A DNA stretch of 64,000 bases from an uncultured bacterium (lineage in GTDB: Bacteria; Patescibacteriota; Minisyncoccia; Phycocordibacterales; GWA1-40-21): the NCBI GenBank assembly GCA_903831305.1, contig CAIKXE010000004.1:147524-211523 (forward strand). Direction: 5' to 3'. The position numbers were made by a program, and so were the translations under genes. This document shows, one piece after another, positions 56,254 through 64,000 of this stretch (its first letter is position 1; each line of letters starts with the position of its first letter). The notes under the pieces are model-generated. The model was not told where the DNA came from. It saw only the letters and a program-made list of their open reading frames with translations, and ran no database searches.

Positions 56254-57176
56254 ATTTTTTTTGATATTATTATGTTAATCCAATAATTCATATATAGGGC
56301 TTTGCTGTCTAAATTATTCATAATTTCGGTGTATTTTTCGGATAGTAGATCTGCGTTTAGACTTTTTAATTCATCCCAGTTTTCAACTATAAATAGTGGA
56401 ATACCTAAGTCTTTAAAATGTGCCATAGATATACTTTTTTTTACTATAGGAATAGTGCCTAAATATAGAGATTCCCATGTTCTGTGGCAGTCAGTACCAT
56501 TACCTTCCGGAGAGACTATAAATTTATACTCTGATAGACTAGTAAAATATTTAAACTGGTCTTTGTTCTCTATTTTAATTAAAAGATCATTAGTTTCAAG
56601 ACTATTCTTCAGATTAACCCTCTCTATATTACTGGTGGTAGTAAAACCAAAAGAGATTTTGTTTTTTTTAAAAATTCTATCAGATAAGTCACTACTTCTT
56701 TTCATGGTAGAAACACGACCGTTGTTATTGATGGAAGAATAGTGATAGTTAATTACCCCAATAGGGATGGGGGTAGTTTTATCATTTTTAAATGCTAGAT
56801 TTTGTGCAAACCAATGTATAATTTTATTGTCAATATATTTTTTATAGTCTGGGCCTATATTGGTATCCATGTTATGAGATATCAAGATATACTTATTTCT
56901 TATATAAGGATGTTTTTCTTTAAAGAAGGGATCTAAAAAATCGCTCCTAACAAAAACAATGTCGTTCTCCTCAACGTTTTTTGGTTCAATATCTGAAATC
57001 TCATCAAACACGTGTTGTGCAAGCGCTCTAAACCCGTCCCCTGTTACAAAAGGAAAACTAGTAGGTCTGTTTAGGCCTAAAATCTTAACAATTTTCCTTC
57101 TTATTTTTGTTTTGAATTTAAATATAAACATATTATAATTATAGAAAAGTAAAAATATCTTTTCTAATTGCAACAA
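56250..57176 (-). CDS. Hypothetical protein in glycan locus (possible unclassified glycosyltransferase)
   Basis: 308 aa, no recognised motif. Placed by context only. Confidence 0.3.
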   Translation of the reverse strand: MLQLEKIFLLFYNYNMFIFKFKTKIRRKIVKILGLNRPTSFPFVTGDGFRALAQHVFDEISDIEPKNVEENDIVFVRSDFLDPFFKEKHPYIRNKYILISHNMDTNIGPDYKKYIDNKIIHWFAQNLAFKNDKTTPIPIGVINYHYSSINNNGRVSTMKRSSDLSDRIFKKNKISFGFTTTSNIERVNLKNSLETNDLLIKIENKDQFKYFTSLSEYKFIVSPEGNGTDCHRTWESLYLGTIPIVKKSISMAHFKDLGIPLFIVENWDELKSLNADLLSEKYTEIMNNLDSKALYMNYWINIIISKKI

Positions 57177-57927
57177 AGTTTGTAACGGTCATTATTTCAT
57201 AATAGTGGTTATATCTCTTGAGTGGGTAATAACCATGTTTGAGTATTCTACATATTTGATACTGTTTACTTAGAATATCAAAGAATTGCTTTAGTGAATA
57301 TTTTTCGCTTGAAGTCGCTCCGAATTCAAATTGTATTAGTTTTATTTTTCCTTTATTAATCATTTCTCCTGCTCCTTCAAGTACCTTAAGCTCGTATCCT
57401 TCGACGTCTAATTTAAGTAAATCAATCGTATCTATTTTATTTTCTGCACAATATTCATCAAGGGTGACAATATCTATTTGCTCGTATAATTTCATATTAT
57501 TTTTTTTATCACTAACACAAGCTGTTGATTCGCCAGTAATATTAGCGGAGAGATATTTTCTTCCTTTGACCTCGCCAAGCGCTAAATTTTCGGTATAAAG
57601 CCCCTTCATATTTATTTTTGACAATTCTGAATAAGCTTTTTTTGATGGCTCAAAAGAGTATACGGAGGCTTTTTTATGAAAATGTGCCTTAAATAGGTTA
57701 ACCCATTCACCGACATGGGCGCCGACATCAAAAACTGTTACTTCTTTGCTCCCAGATATTTTATCGAGTACCTTGAGGACAGTCTCCTCACCGCTAGTTT
57801 CGACAATCTGACCCTCCCCAATATTTAGAATTTTCATTGAAAGATTTAATACCTTCTCAAAAAGAGGTTGAAATAGAGGCCTTGAAAAAACATCACCAAT
57901 AATTTTTTTAAATTTTAATATTTTCAT
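57139..57927 (-). CDS. FkbM-family methyltransferase
   Basis: FDVGAHVGEWV and LLKLDVEGYELKVLEG motifs. Confidence 0.7.
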   Translation of the reverse strand: MKILKFKKIIGDVFSRPLFQPLFEKVLNLSMKILNIGEGQIVETSGEETVLKVLDKISGSKEVTVFDVGAHVGEWVNLFKAHFHKKASVYSFEPSKKAYSELSKINMKGLYTENLALGEVKGRKYLSANITGESTACVSDKKNNMKLYEQIDIVTLDEYCAENKIDTIDLLKLDVEGYELKVLEGAGEMINKGKIKLIQFEFGATSSEKYSLKQFFDILSKQYQICRILKHGYYPLKRYNHYYEIMTVTNFVAIRKDIFTFL

Positions 57928-58060
57928 ATTAATTACACATGCTATAATAGCATATTAACTGTACATTTATTAGGTTAATGGGCTATAATATATGTGTTTT
58001 AATATTTCTGCAATTTTGATCTTACTGAGTGCTAGTAAATTTGTGGTTTAATTTTTTAAT

Positions 58061-58945
58061 ATGATTTCCTTTAATAAATTTGGTGAATACGGTAGATTTG
58101 GTAATCAGTTATTTCAGTATGCCTTTTTAAGGACTCAAGCAAAAAAAATAGGAACTAACTTTTATTGTCCAGATTGGCTTGGTGATAGAATATTTTGCTT
58201 GAATGATGAGAGTGAGAAGGGGAGTTGTGTTGAGCAAAAATTATTTTATAATGAAGGTGATAAAAATCACGGGTATCAAATAGAAGCAACAAAGATAGAA
58301 AATAATACCGATATCGTCGGGTATTTTCAATCAAGTAGGTTTTTTTCAAGAGCTCGCGTTTTGAAGTGGTATACTTTCAATGAGGATTTATTTTTAGTAA
58401 CAAGAAAAAAATATAGTCACATCGATTTTTCTAATAGCACATCAATTCATATTAGGCTCGGTGACTACGTAAAGGCCCCTCTGTTATTTTATATTTCTAA
58501 ACCATCTTACTTTAAGCAAGCCCTTTTAATTTTAGGACGTAGAAAACATATTTTGGTTTTTTCTGATAGCCCAAAACTTGCTAAAAAATATTTAAGTTTT
58601 CTTCCGCAGGATACTATCTTTGTCGAAGGTAATAAAGATTATGAGGATTTTTATTTAATGAGTCACTGTCGGGATATGATATGCTCAACATCTACTTTTT
58701 GTTGGTGGGCAGCATATATTAATAATTCGGAAAACAAAAGAGTTATTGTACCGAAGTGGTTGTTTTTACCAGGCGCACCAACTTTTAACAAGGACTTGTT
58801 TGAGGTAGAGGGGTGGGTCCAATTATCTGCACACAGATTTTATGATAATTATTATATCAAATATATACCCGTTCAAATGATTAAACAGTATAATAAATTT
58901 CTTAAATTAGTGTCTAGTAAATTTAAAATTATTTTAAATCACTAG
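58061..58945 (+). CDS. Alpha-1,2-fucosyltransferase (GT11 family), second copy
   Basis: EYGRFGNQLFQYAF signature near the N-terminus; ~290 aa. Confidence 0.75.
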   Translation: MISFNKFGEYGRFGNQLFQYAFLRTQAKKIGTNFYCPDWLGDRIFCLNDESEKGSCVEQKLFYNEGDKNHGYQIEATKIENNTDIVGYFQSSRFFSRARVLKWYTFNEDLFLVTRKKYSHIDFSNSTSIHIRLGDYVKAPLLFYISKPSYFKQALLILGRRKHILVFSDSPKLAKKYLSFLPQDTIFVEGNKDYEDFYLMSHCRDMICSTSTFCWWAAYINNSENKRVIVPKWLFLPGAPTFNKDLFEVEGWVQLSAHRFYDNYYIKYIPVQMIKQYNKFLKLVSSKFKIILNH

Positions 58946-58947
58946 AG

Positions 58948-59559
58948 TTATGGCATTATTCTTATAATGTCATCACGGATCTGAAAAATAAGCTCAGGCC
59001 TTATCTTTTTTAGAAAAGATTGAACTTTAATAAGCGTGGGGTAGTCATCTTTGCCAGTAAAGCATCTAGCATCATCAATCAAAATTATATGGTTTTTGAT
59101 CCTATGGTTTAGAATTAACTCTAGTTCTTTTAATATTGGGGTATTTTGGTCTCCTTTTGAACTATCACCTCCGGAATAGTGACCGTCAAGCCAAAAAAGT
59201 GTCGTCGCGTTCAACTTTTCTAAAATTAGAGGTAAAATCTTAGAACTATCACCTTGTAATATTTGAATGTGCTGATAATTAGCAAACCTATCTCGTGCTT
59301 TTTTAAATAGAAGCCTATCGATTTCCACAGAATATATTTCTTCAAATACGTTTTTTACCGCTTCAACCGTGCTACCGAGATATGTTCCAGTCTCAACAAA
59401 CTCTTTTATCGCAAATTTCTTAGCATACCCTCTTATTATTCGTTGTTTTATGAAGTGTGGCGGGGGGACAGGTTTATTTTTTAGGCGCCATTTGATTTCA
59501 TCCATAATTCTATTCTTTGGTAGCAGAGGCTTTATTATATTAATTATTTTTTTTAACAT
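58948..59559 (-). CDS. Putative class I SAM-dependent methyltransferase
   Basis: FVETGTYLGSTVEAV glycine-rich motif I-like segment. Weak. Confidence 0.45.
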   Translation of the reverse strand: MLKKIINIIKPLLPKNRIMDEIKWRLKNKPVPPPHFIKQRIIRGYAKKFAIKEFVETGTYLGSTVEAVKNVFEEIYSVEIDRLLFKKARDRFANYQHIQILQGDSSKILPLILEKLNATTLFWLDGHYSGGDSSKGDQNTPILKELELILNHRIKNHIILIDDARCFTGKDDYPTLIKVQSFLKKIRPELIFQIRDDIIRIMP

Positions 59560-60896
59560 TTATATTTTTTGGGAATGATTGTCGATAAAATTTTGGTTCT
59601 TGTTTGTCTAAAAAATACCAGTGATATTGGCCCGAAAGAATATGATATTAGTGTAGCATATGCAGAGCCGACAAGTCCAAATCTCGGAATCCATATGATA
59701 TTTAGTATTATGTTTAATACCATAGGAAAAAAAGATTTAAAAAGAAGAATTTTTTTAAAATTTTCAGTAATCAGGTAATTATCTGCCAAAATACCTAGAA
59801 ATGTTCCTATACAGGACCAGACATATATTTGTAAAATTATTGTACTTCCTGTAAAAGCTGACCCAAAAATTAATTTTATAATGAGTGGTGCTAATATGGT
59901 AACTGGCAGAGCAATGACGATTGCTATTAATAGAAGAGTGACAAAAAGTTTTTTTAATCTTGCATAGTATAATTCCTCCGAGGATTTCTTTGCGTTTATT
60001 ATAGCAGGAAAAACGGAAGAAACAATTATGCCTGGAATAAAATACCAAACTTCTGCTATTCTGGCGGCGGCATCGTAAATACCAACAGCGTGTGAATCAA
60101 CCATGTTTTTAATAAAAATTTGATCTATCCGAGAGTAAACAAGTATAAAAGTGCTTGTAAAAATAAATGGCCAAGAATCCCTTAATAGGTTTATAGTAAT
60201 CTTTTTATTAAACTTCCAGTCAGAGATTTTACCTTGAATCCTTTTCTCGTATGCTAGCCAATAAAAGAGAGCATAAAGTATTGATTCAAGTAGTAGTATA
60301 AAAGCAAGATAAATAACCCCTTTTCCGTTAATAATCACTATTATTTTTAATATATTTAGAATTAGGTTAACTAAAAAAGAGATGATAGAGGGATATTTTG
60401 ACTCTACTCTAGCCTGAAATTCAAAGTTAATTATTTGGAAGGCGTTAAAGATAAAGGTTGCTGAGAGTATTAGAATAAGAGTTTTTGAGACATCATCCTG
60501 TACGAAAAAAAAGGTAGATATAAATATTAAAAAGGCTGTTAAAAAACCAGCCACTAACTTAATCATAAGTGCTGAGCCGAGATATTCCTTTTTTTTGTCT
60601 GGATATTTGATTAAATCTCTATATAAAATGTTATCGATTCCTAAAGATGCTAAAATAGAAAAAATACTTATAAAACTAATTGCATAACTCAATTGACCAA
60701 AATTTGCTGGTCCAAGGCCTCTCGCTATAAAGGCAGTCGTAAGGAGGGACATTACCATACATAATATTCTTGACGTAAACAGCCACCCTGTATTTTGAAG
60801 GTACTTTTGAAAGCCGGCGTGTTGCCATTTTTCTCTTATATAAGCACGGGTGATGGGAGGGGTAATACTCATATTTTTATTAGGCAAGGATATCAT
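59553..60896 (-). CDS. wzx: Wzx-type oligosaccharide flippase (MOP superfamily polysaccharide biosynthesis protein)
   Basis: ~12-14 TM helices. The N-terminus TSRILCMVMSLLTTAFIARGLGPANFGQLSYAISF is typical of PST/Wzx. Confidence 0.75.
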   Translation of the reverse strand: MISLPNKNMSITPPITRAYIREKWQHAGFQKYLQNTGWLFTSRILCMVMSLLTTAFIARGLGPANFGQLSYAISFISIFSILASLGIDNILYRDLIKYPDKKKEYLGSALMIKLVAGFLTAFLIFISTFFFVQDDVSKTLILILSATFIFNAFQIINFEFQARVESKYPSIISFLVNLILNILKIIVIINGKGVIYLAFILLLESILYALFYWLAYEKRIQGKISDWKFNKKITINLLRDSWPFIFTSTFILVYSRIDQIFIKNMVDSHAVGIYDAAARIAEVWYFIPGIIVSSVFPAIINAKKSSEELYYARLKKLFVTLLLIAIVIALPVTILAPLIIKLIFGSAFTGSTIILQIYVWSCIGTFLGILADNYLITENFKKILLFKSFFPMVLNIILNIIWIPRFGLVGSAYATLISYSFGPISLVFFRQTRTKILSTIIPKKYKC

Positions 60897-60926
60897 TTTT
60901 AGAGCAAATTTGCTATTCTTGACGCT

Positions 60927-61124
60927 ATGGATAAATACCTTTTTGCTATTTTGGGTCTGACCACTTTTTCAGTGGTGATTATTATGTATATTCGGATTTC
61001 TACGCGGATGAAGAAGGGTGGGGAACCAGGGAAAAAAGATATGGGAAATAGTGATTCAGAGAGCTATGATAAGGTGAATAGTTTGGAAAACCTGCGCGCG
61101 GATGACTTTACCCTGCTTGAGTAA
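60927..61124 (+). CDS. Hypothetical small membrane protein
   Basis: 65 aa, one TM helix. Low confidence that it is expressed. Confidence 0.25.
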   Translation: MDKYLFAILGLTTFSVVIIMYIRISTRMKKGGEPGKKDMGNSDSESYDKVNSLENLRADDFTLLE

Positions 61125-61198
61125 GGTAAAAAGTTATCCACAGGGGAGCGGAAATTGGGGGTTTGAAGGTTTTGGGGATTTTGCTAATATGTCAATAG

Positions 61199-61711
61199 AT
61201 GAAAAATTTAAAGAAGCTTTGGCTGCTTACTTTTATTACCACGGCCTTTTTCCTATTACTAACCTTTGCTAATACTGGTGTGATGGAGGCAGCTGGCTTG
61301 GTAAATATTAATACCGCAGATGTAGTGGAGCTTGATACCTTGCCAGAAATCGGTCCCGCCACAGCGGCTAAAATAATTGCTTATCGAGAGACGAATGGGG
61401 TATTTGCTAGGATTGAAGATATTATGAATGTGAGCGGTATCAAGGAAGCCACTTTTGCTAAAATTAGAGACTATATTACGGTGGGCAGTGGTTCAGGAGA
61501 TACTGGAGATGAAGGAGACAGTGGCACAGGCACTACTACGGCCACCACCACACCACCCATCGCCACTACCACGGTTTCAACTGGTTCAGTAACTTATTCT
61601 GTACATTATATACAGGAGAGCTTGAGCAATTATGAGCCGACAAACGTCTTTAAAATTTCTGCGGGGCGGGAGCGGCTGGCTTTGAAGGAAATTACAACAT
61701 TAAAATTATAA
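61199..61711 (+). CDS. comEA: ComEA-like DNA-binding competence protein (tandem helix-hairpin-helix)
   Basis: Signal/TM then VNINTADVVELDTLPEIGPATAAKIIAYRETNGVFARIEDIMNVSGIKEATFAKI, followed by a Thr-rich tail. Confidence 0.75.
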   Translation: MKNLKKLWLLTFITTAFFLLLTFANTGVMEAAGLVNINTADVVELDTLPEIGPATAAKIIAYRETNGVFARIEDIMNVSGIKEATFAKIRDYITVGSGSGDTGDEGDSGTGTTTATTTPPIATTTVSTGSVTYSVHYIQESLSNYEPTNVFKISAGRERLALKEITTLKL

Positions 61712-61815
61712 GAGATAAGAATTATTATCTTATAAAAGATAGACACTTACCCAGATAATTAACCAGCAAAATAAATTTAATTTAACTTTTATATATAAAC
61801 TATATCAAAGCAAAT

Positions 61816-62412
61816 ATGAAAAAGGAAAATGTTGAAAAAGCTTTAGGTTTTTTGACCCTAGCAATGTACTATCATAATCTTGCAGGAAATGTTTTGTGTA
61901 AAATACAAGAATCTAATCCACATATTGTTGTTGGATCTAAAGGGATAGTAGATAAATATGATGAGATAACAAAATGGAGCGATTTTAGGGTATTAATTCC
62001 AACACTTTTCCTTTTTTATCATGGATTAGAACTCCAATTAAAAGGACTTTTAGCGTTTCATAATAAAGTCGATACAATTCATTCACTTGAAAAATTATTA
62101 TTACTAATTAAAAAAGAAAAAAGCTTTCCGCCAGAAATAATCACTGTCGCAGAAAAGCATATTGACATAAAAAATATTAATTTATTTCTAAAAAACTTTA
62201 TAACAAACAATAAACTTTCTGTAGATGATCTATATATGGCGTTGAGATATCCCACTGATAAAAAATCCTCCAGAGACTTTTCCTATTTAGATTTAAAATA
62301 TAAAGAAGATAAGATCATCCCTTATGTTGAGTCACTAATTGAAGATTGTAAAATATTGAGCCAAAAGACAGGAGAATATTATTCCCAATTTAGGCCACTT
62401 TTAGGTATTTAA
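61816..62412 (+). CDS. Hypothetical protein
   Basis: 198 aa, AT-rich. No recognisable motif. Confidence 0.3.
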   Translation: MKKENVEKALGFLTLAMYYHNLAGNVLCKIQESNPHIVVGSKGIVDKYDEITKWSDFRVLIPTLFLFYHGLELQLKGLLAFHNKVDTIHSLEKLLLLIKKEKSFPPEIITVAEKHIDIKNINLFLKNFITNNKLSVDDLYMALRYPTDKKSSRDFSYLDLKYKEDKIIPYVESLIEDCKILSQKTGEYYSQFRPLLGI

Positions 62413-62487
62413 TTGAATAAACTCACTAGATAGTGTAGGTAAATTGTTTATTAAATATGTTCTAATAACGTTGATGGCGGAGATGTT

Positions 62488-63456
62488 GTGGCCACTACGA
62501 CCGCTACTTCCACCGTTACTTACGAGCTGGTGACACCACCGGTAATTTTTTCTGCTGAAAATTTAACGAATACGACCCCAACTACTACTATTCTTTTTTC
62601 TGGTACTGGTGTCCCAAACTTCGTTATTTCTACTGATCTTATAACTGCCACGACCTCAGTAGGTGCTGATGGTAATTGGTCCATGCCAATTGATAATATT
62701 TCTCAAGGAACCACTACCATAAACTTTTTTGCGGAGCCAGATGAAACACATTTATCTATTAGTACTATAGACGTTGAAACTGGGATAACTCATATTATAA
62801 ATTATATAAAATCCGAGCCGACGGAAGTCGTTATTTTTGTGGCTGACGGTTTGGATATTTTTGCCACTGAACCGGAAGAGTGCCAAAAATCTCTAATACC
62901 TGACGGCTGTCTCATCACTACCACAGTGGTCAATATGTCTTGGGGGTCAAACTCTGGGTTAGCCAGTGAATATGGTATCAGGGTAAACGGCCGGCGCACC
63001 ATATTTACTCCCGAAACCTCCAGATTGCTTTATTTAAATAATAATACTACAAACACAATAGAGGTTTTTGCTAGGGATATGTTTGATAATGAATCAGACT
63101 ATATTATTTATGAAGTAATGGTTTATGAACGACCAGTAATTATTGAAAACATTGACTGGAGTGATACTAATGAAGGGGTGAAAATTACTCTCTATAACAA
63201 TACCCTGTATGACTTGGATTTGAATGATTGGACGCTCACCCTTTGGGATGGTTCTTTTAATCTGGGTCTGACGGGGACGATACCCGCCCAGGGGGAATAT
63301 GTGTTAGCCAAGGATACTGGTGTGTCTCAGGCGGGGGTGGACCAGACTTATACTGAAGCCTTTTATAATCAATACCGGGGTGATGAAATTATGAATGTCA
63401 ATTATTTAGCGGATTTAATTTCATACTATGAATTTAATCAGGTCTCAGCCTATTAG
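62488..63456 (+). CDS. Hypothetical Thr-rich secreted/surface protein
   Basis: N-terminal T/S-rich beta-strand repeats (ATTTATSTVTYELVTPP…). No known domain. Confidence 0.35.
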   Translation: MATTTATSTVTYELVTPPVIFSAENLTNTTPTTTILFSGTGVPNFVISTDLITATTSVGADGNWSMPIDNISQGTTTINFFAEPDETHLSISTIDVETGITHIINYIKSEPTEVVIFVADGLDIFATEPEECQKSLIPDGCLITTTVVNMSWGSNSGLASEYGIRVNGRRTIFTPETSRLLYLNNNTTNTIEVFARDMFDNESDYIIYEVMVYERPVIIENIDWSDTNEGVKITLYNNTLYDLDLNDWTLTLWDGSFNLGLTGTIPAQGEYVLAKDTGVSQAGVDQTYTEAFYNQYRGDEIMNVNYLADLISYYEFNQVSAY

Positions 63457-63553
63457 TTTGTTTTGACTTTTTATGGGGAAAAGAGTAATTTAGATAATAG
63501 ATTTTGGTCTTCGTGTTTTAGAGTGAAAGTGGTAGAAGTAGAAAGGGAATGCC

Positions 63554-64000
63554 ATGGGTTTATATGTGGAACTGCAAGGACGGGTAATCAAGGCGTTGTT
63601 CAACCTGGTGAAGACGGAGCCGGATTATCTCCGGGGGATGGTGAAAGGATACCGCGGGTTTCCTTTTGTTGGTCTCAGTGAGGGTGACTATCGCAAGATG
63701 CGTCATCATGGCTTCCGGGAGCCGAGTTTCAAGGACTGGCCCTGGTGCACGGAGATGGTGAAGATCATCCTGGAGCAAGTGGATGACAGTGGGACAGAAA
63801 TCGTCATCCGGAACCAGCTGGGAATGAGACTCTTGGGCTACGGTACCACTCAGACCAGCGAGGAGCACGAGAAGACGGCGTCCTTGGGGATCTGTTTTCT
63901 CCGGACGCCAGTGGTCGCTCAACCGGGCGCCCTCAAGGTGGGGGATACCCTGGCGACGGGAGAGAGGATTCTCTCTGAACCCCGTTGCAGTGATGATGGC
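63554..64000 (+). CDS. Hypothetical protein, 5' partial view (runs off window end); GC-rich, compositionally foreign
   Basis: Open frame from ATG 63554 to the window end with no stop (MGLYVELQGRVIKALFNLVKTEPDYLRGMVKGYRGFPFVGLSEGDYRKMRHHGF…). GC-rich third positions, unlike the host. Confidence 0.35.
   Translation, partial: MGLYVELQGRVIKALFNLVKTEPDYLRGMVKGYRGFPFVGLSEGDYRKMRHHGFREPSFKDWPWCTEMVKIILEQVDDSGTEIVIRNQLGMRLLGYGTTQTSEEHEKTASLGICFLRTPVVAQPGALKVGDTLATGERILSEPRCSDDG

Noticed and set aside
1-64000. CRISPR arrays, rRNA genes, transposases/integrases
   Set aside because: No short regularly spaced direct repeats, no rRNA-like conserved segments and no recombinase-like ORFs were seen anywhere in the window.

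Overview
The window is AT-rich, gene-dense and almost entirely coding, with short intergenic spacers and many overlapping start/stop codons. It is consistent with a small-genome bacterium of the Candidate Phyla Radiation (Patescibacteria/Parcubacteria-like); this is inferred from the gene content, the peptidoglycan-binding (PGBD) surface proteins and the rplK cluster lacking rplA. In order, the window contains: (i) a MacAB-like efflux locus (HlyD adaptor, two FtsX-type permeases and two ABC ATPases) followed by folD; (ii) a SIMPL-domain protein with a Cys-rich N-terminus; (iii) secE-nusG-rplK, flanked by two inverted copies of a ~72-nt structured element sitting inside terminator hairpins; (iv) a coherent dTMP/dTTP synthesis operon (dCMP deaminase, P-loop kinase, tmk, ThyX-like, glyA, dut); (v) several GC-rich islands standing out from the AT-rich background (a nitronate monooxygenase gene, a 158-aa ORF with a consensus promoter, two ~300-450 nt non-coding-looking blocks upstream of ileS and rpsF, and a partial ORF at the window end); (vi) argS and ileS, the latter with an intact histidine-phosphatase (RHG) domain inserted in-frame; (vii) an alpha/beta hydrolase, recO-like gene, DUF11/CARDB surface protein, glyQS, M16 peptidase, AI-2E permease, metG and tatD; (viii) rpsF-ssb-rpsR, efp and recA, with a perfect 27-bp inverted repeat directly upstream of recA, then two small membrane proteins, ftsK and a wHTH protein; (ix) an ~830-bp non-coding spacer, then three secreted proteins with peptidoglycan-binding domains, one carrying a ~670-bp tandem repeat; (x) a 13.4-kb glycan biosynthesis and decoration locus (GT2, GT4-like, GT8, two GT11 fucosyltransferases, five methyltransferases, a PseB/CapD-like dehydratase, an RmlD-like reductase fusion and a Wzx flippase); (xi) comEA and hypothetical proteins. 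No rRNA, confident tRNA, CRISPR array or transposase was found. The candidates I consider most novel are the IleS::histidine-phosphatase fusion, the paired 72-nt element with a compensatory base-pair change between copies, the split-motif ThyX-like enzyme, the GC-rich putative structured-RNA islands and the surface-protein/glycosylation supercluster.
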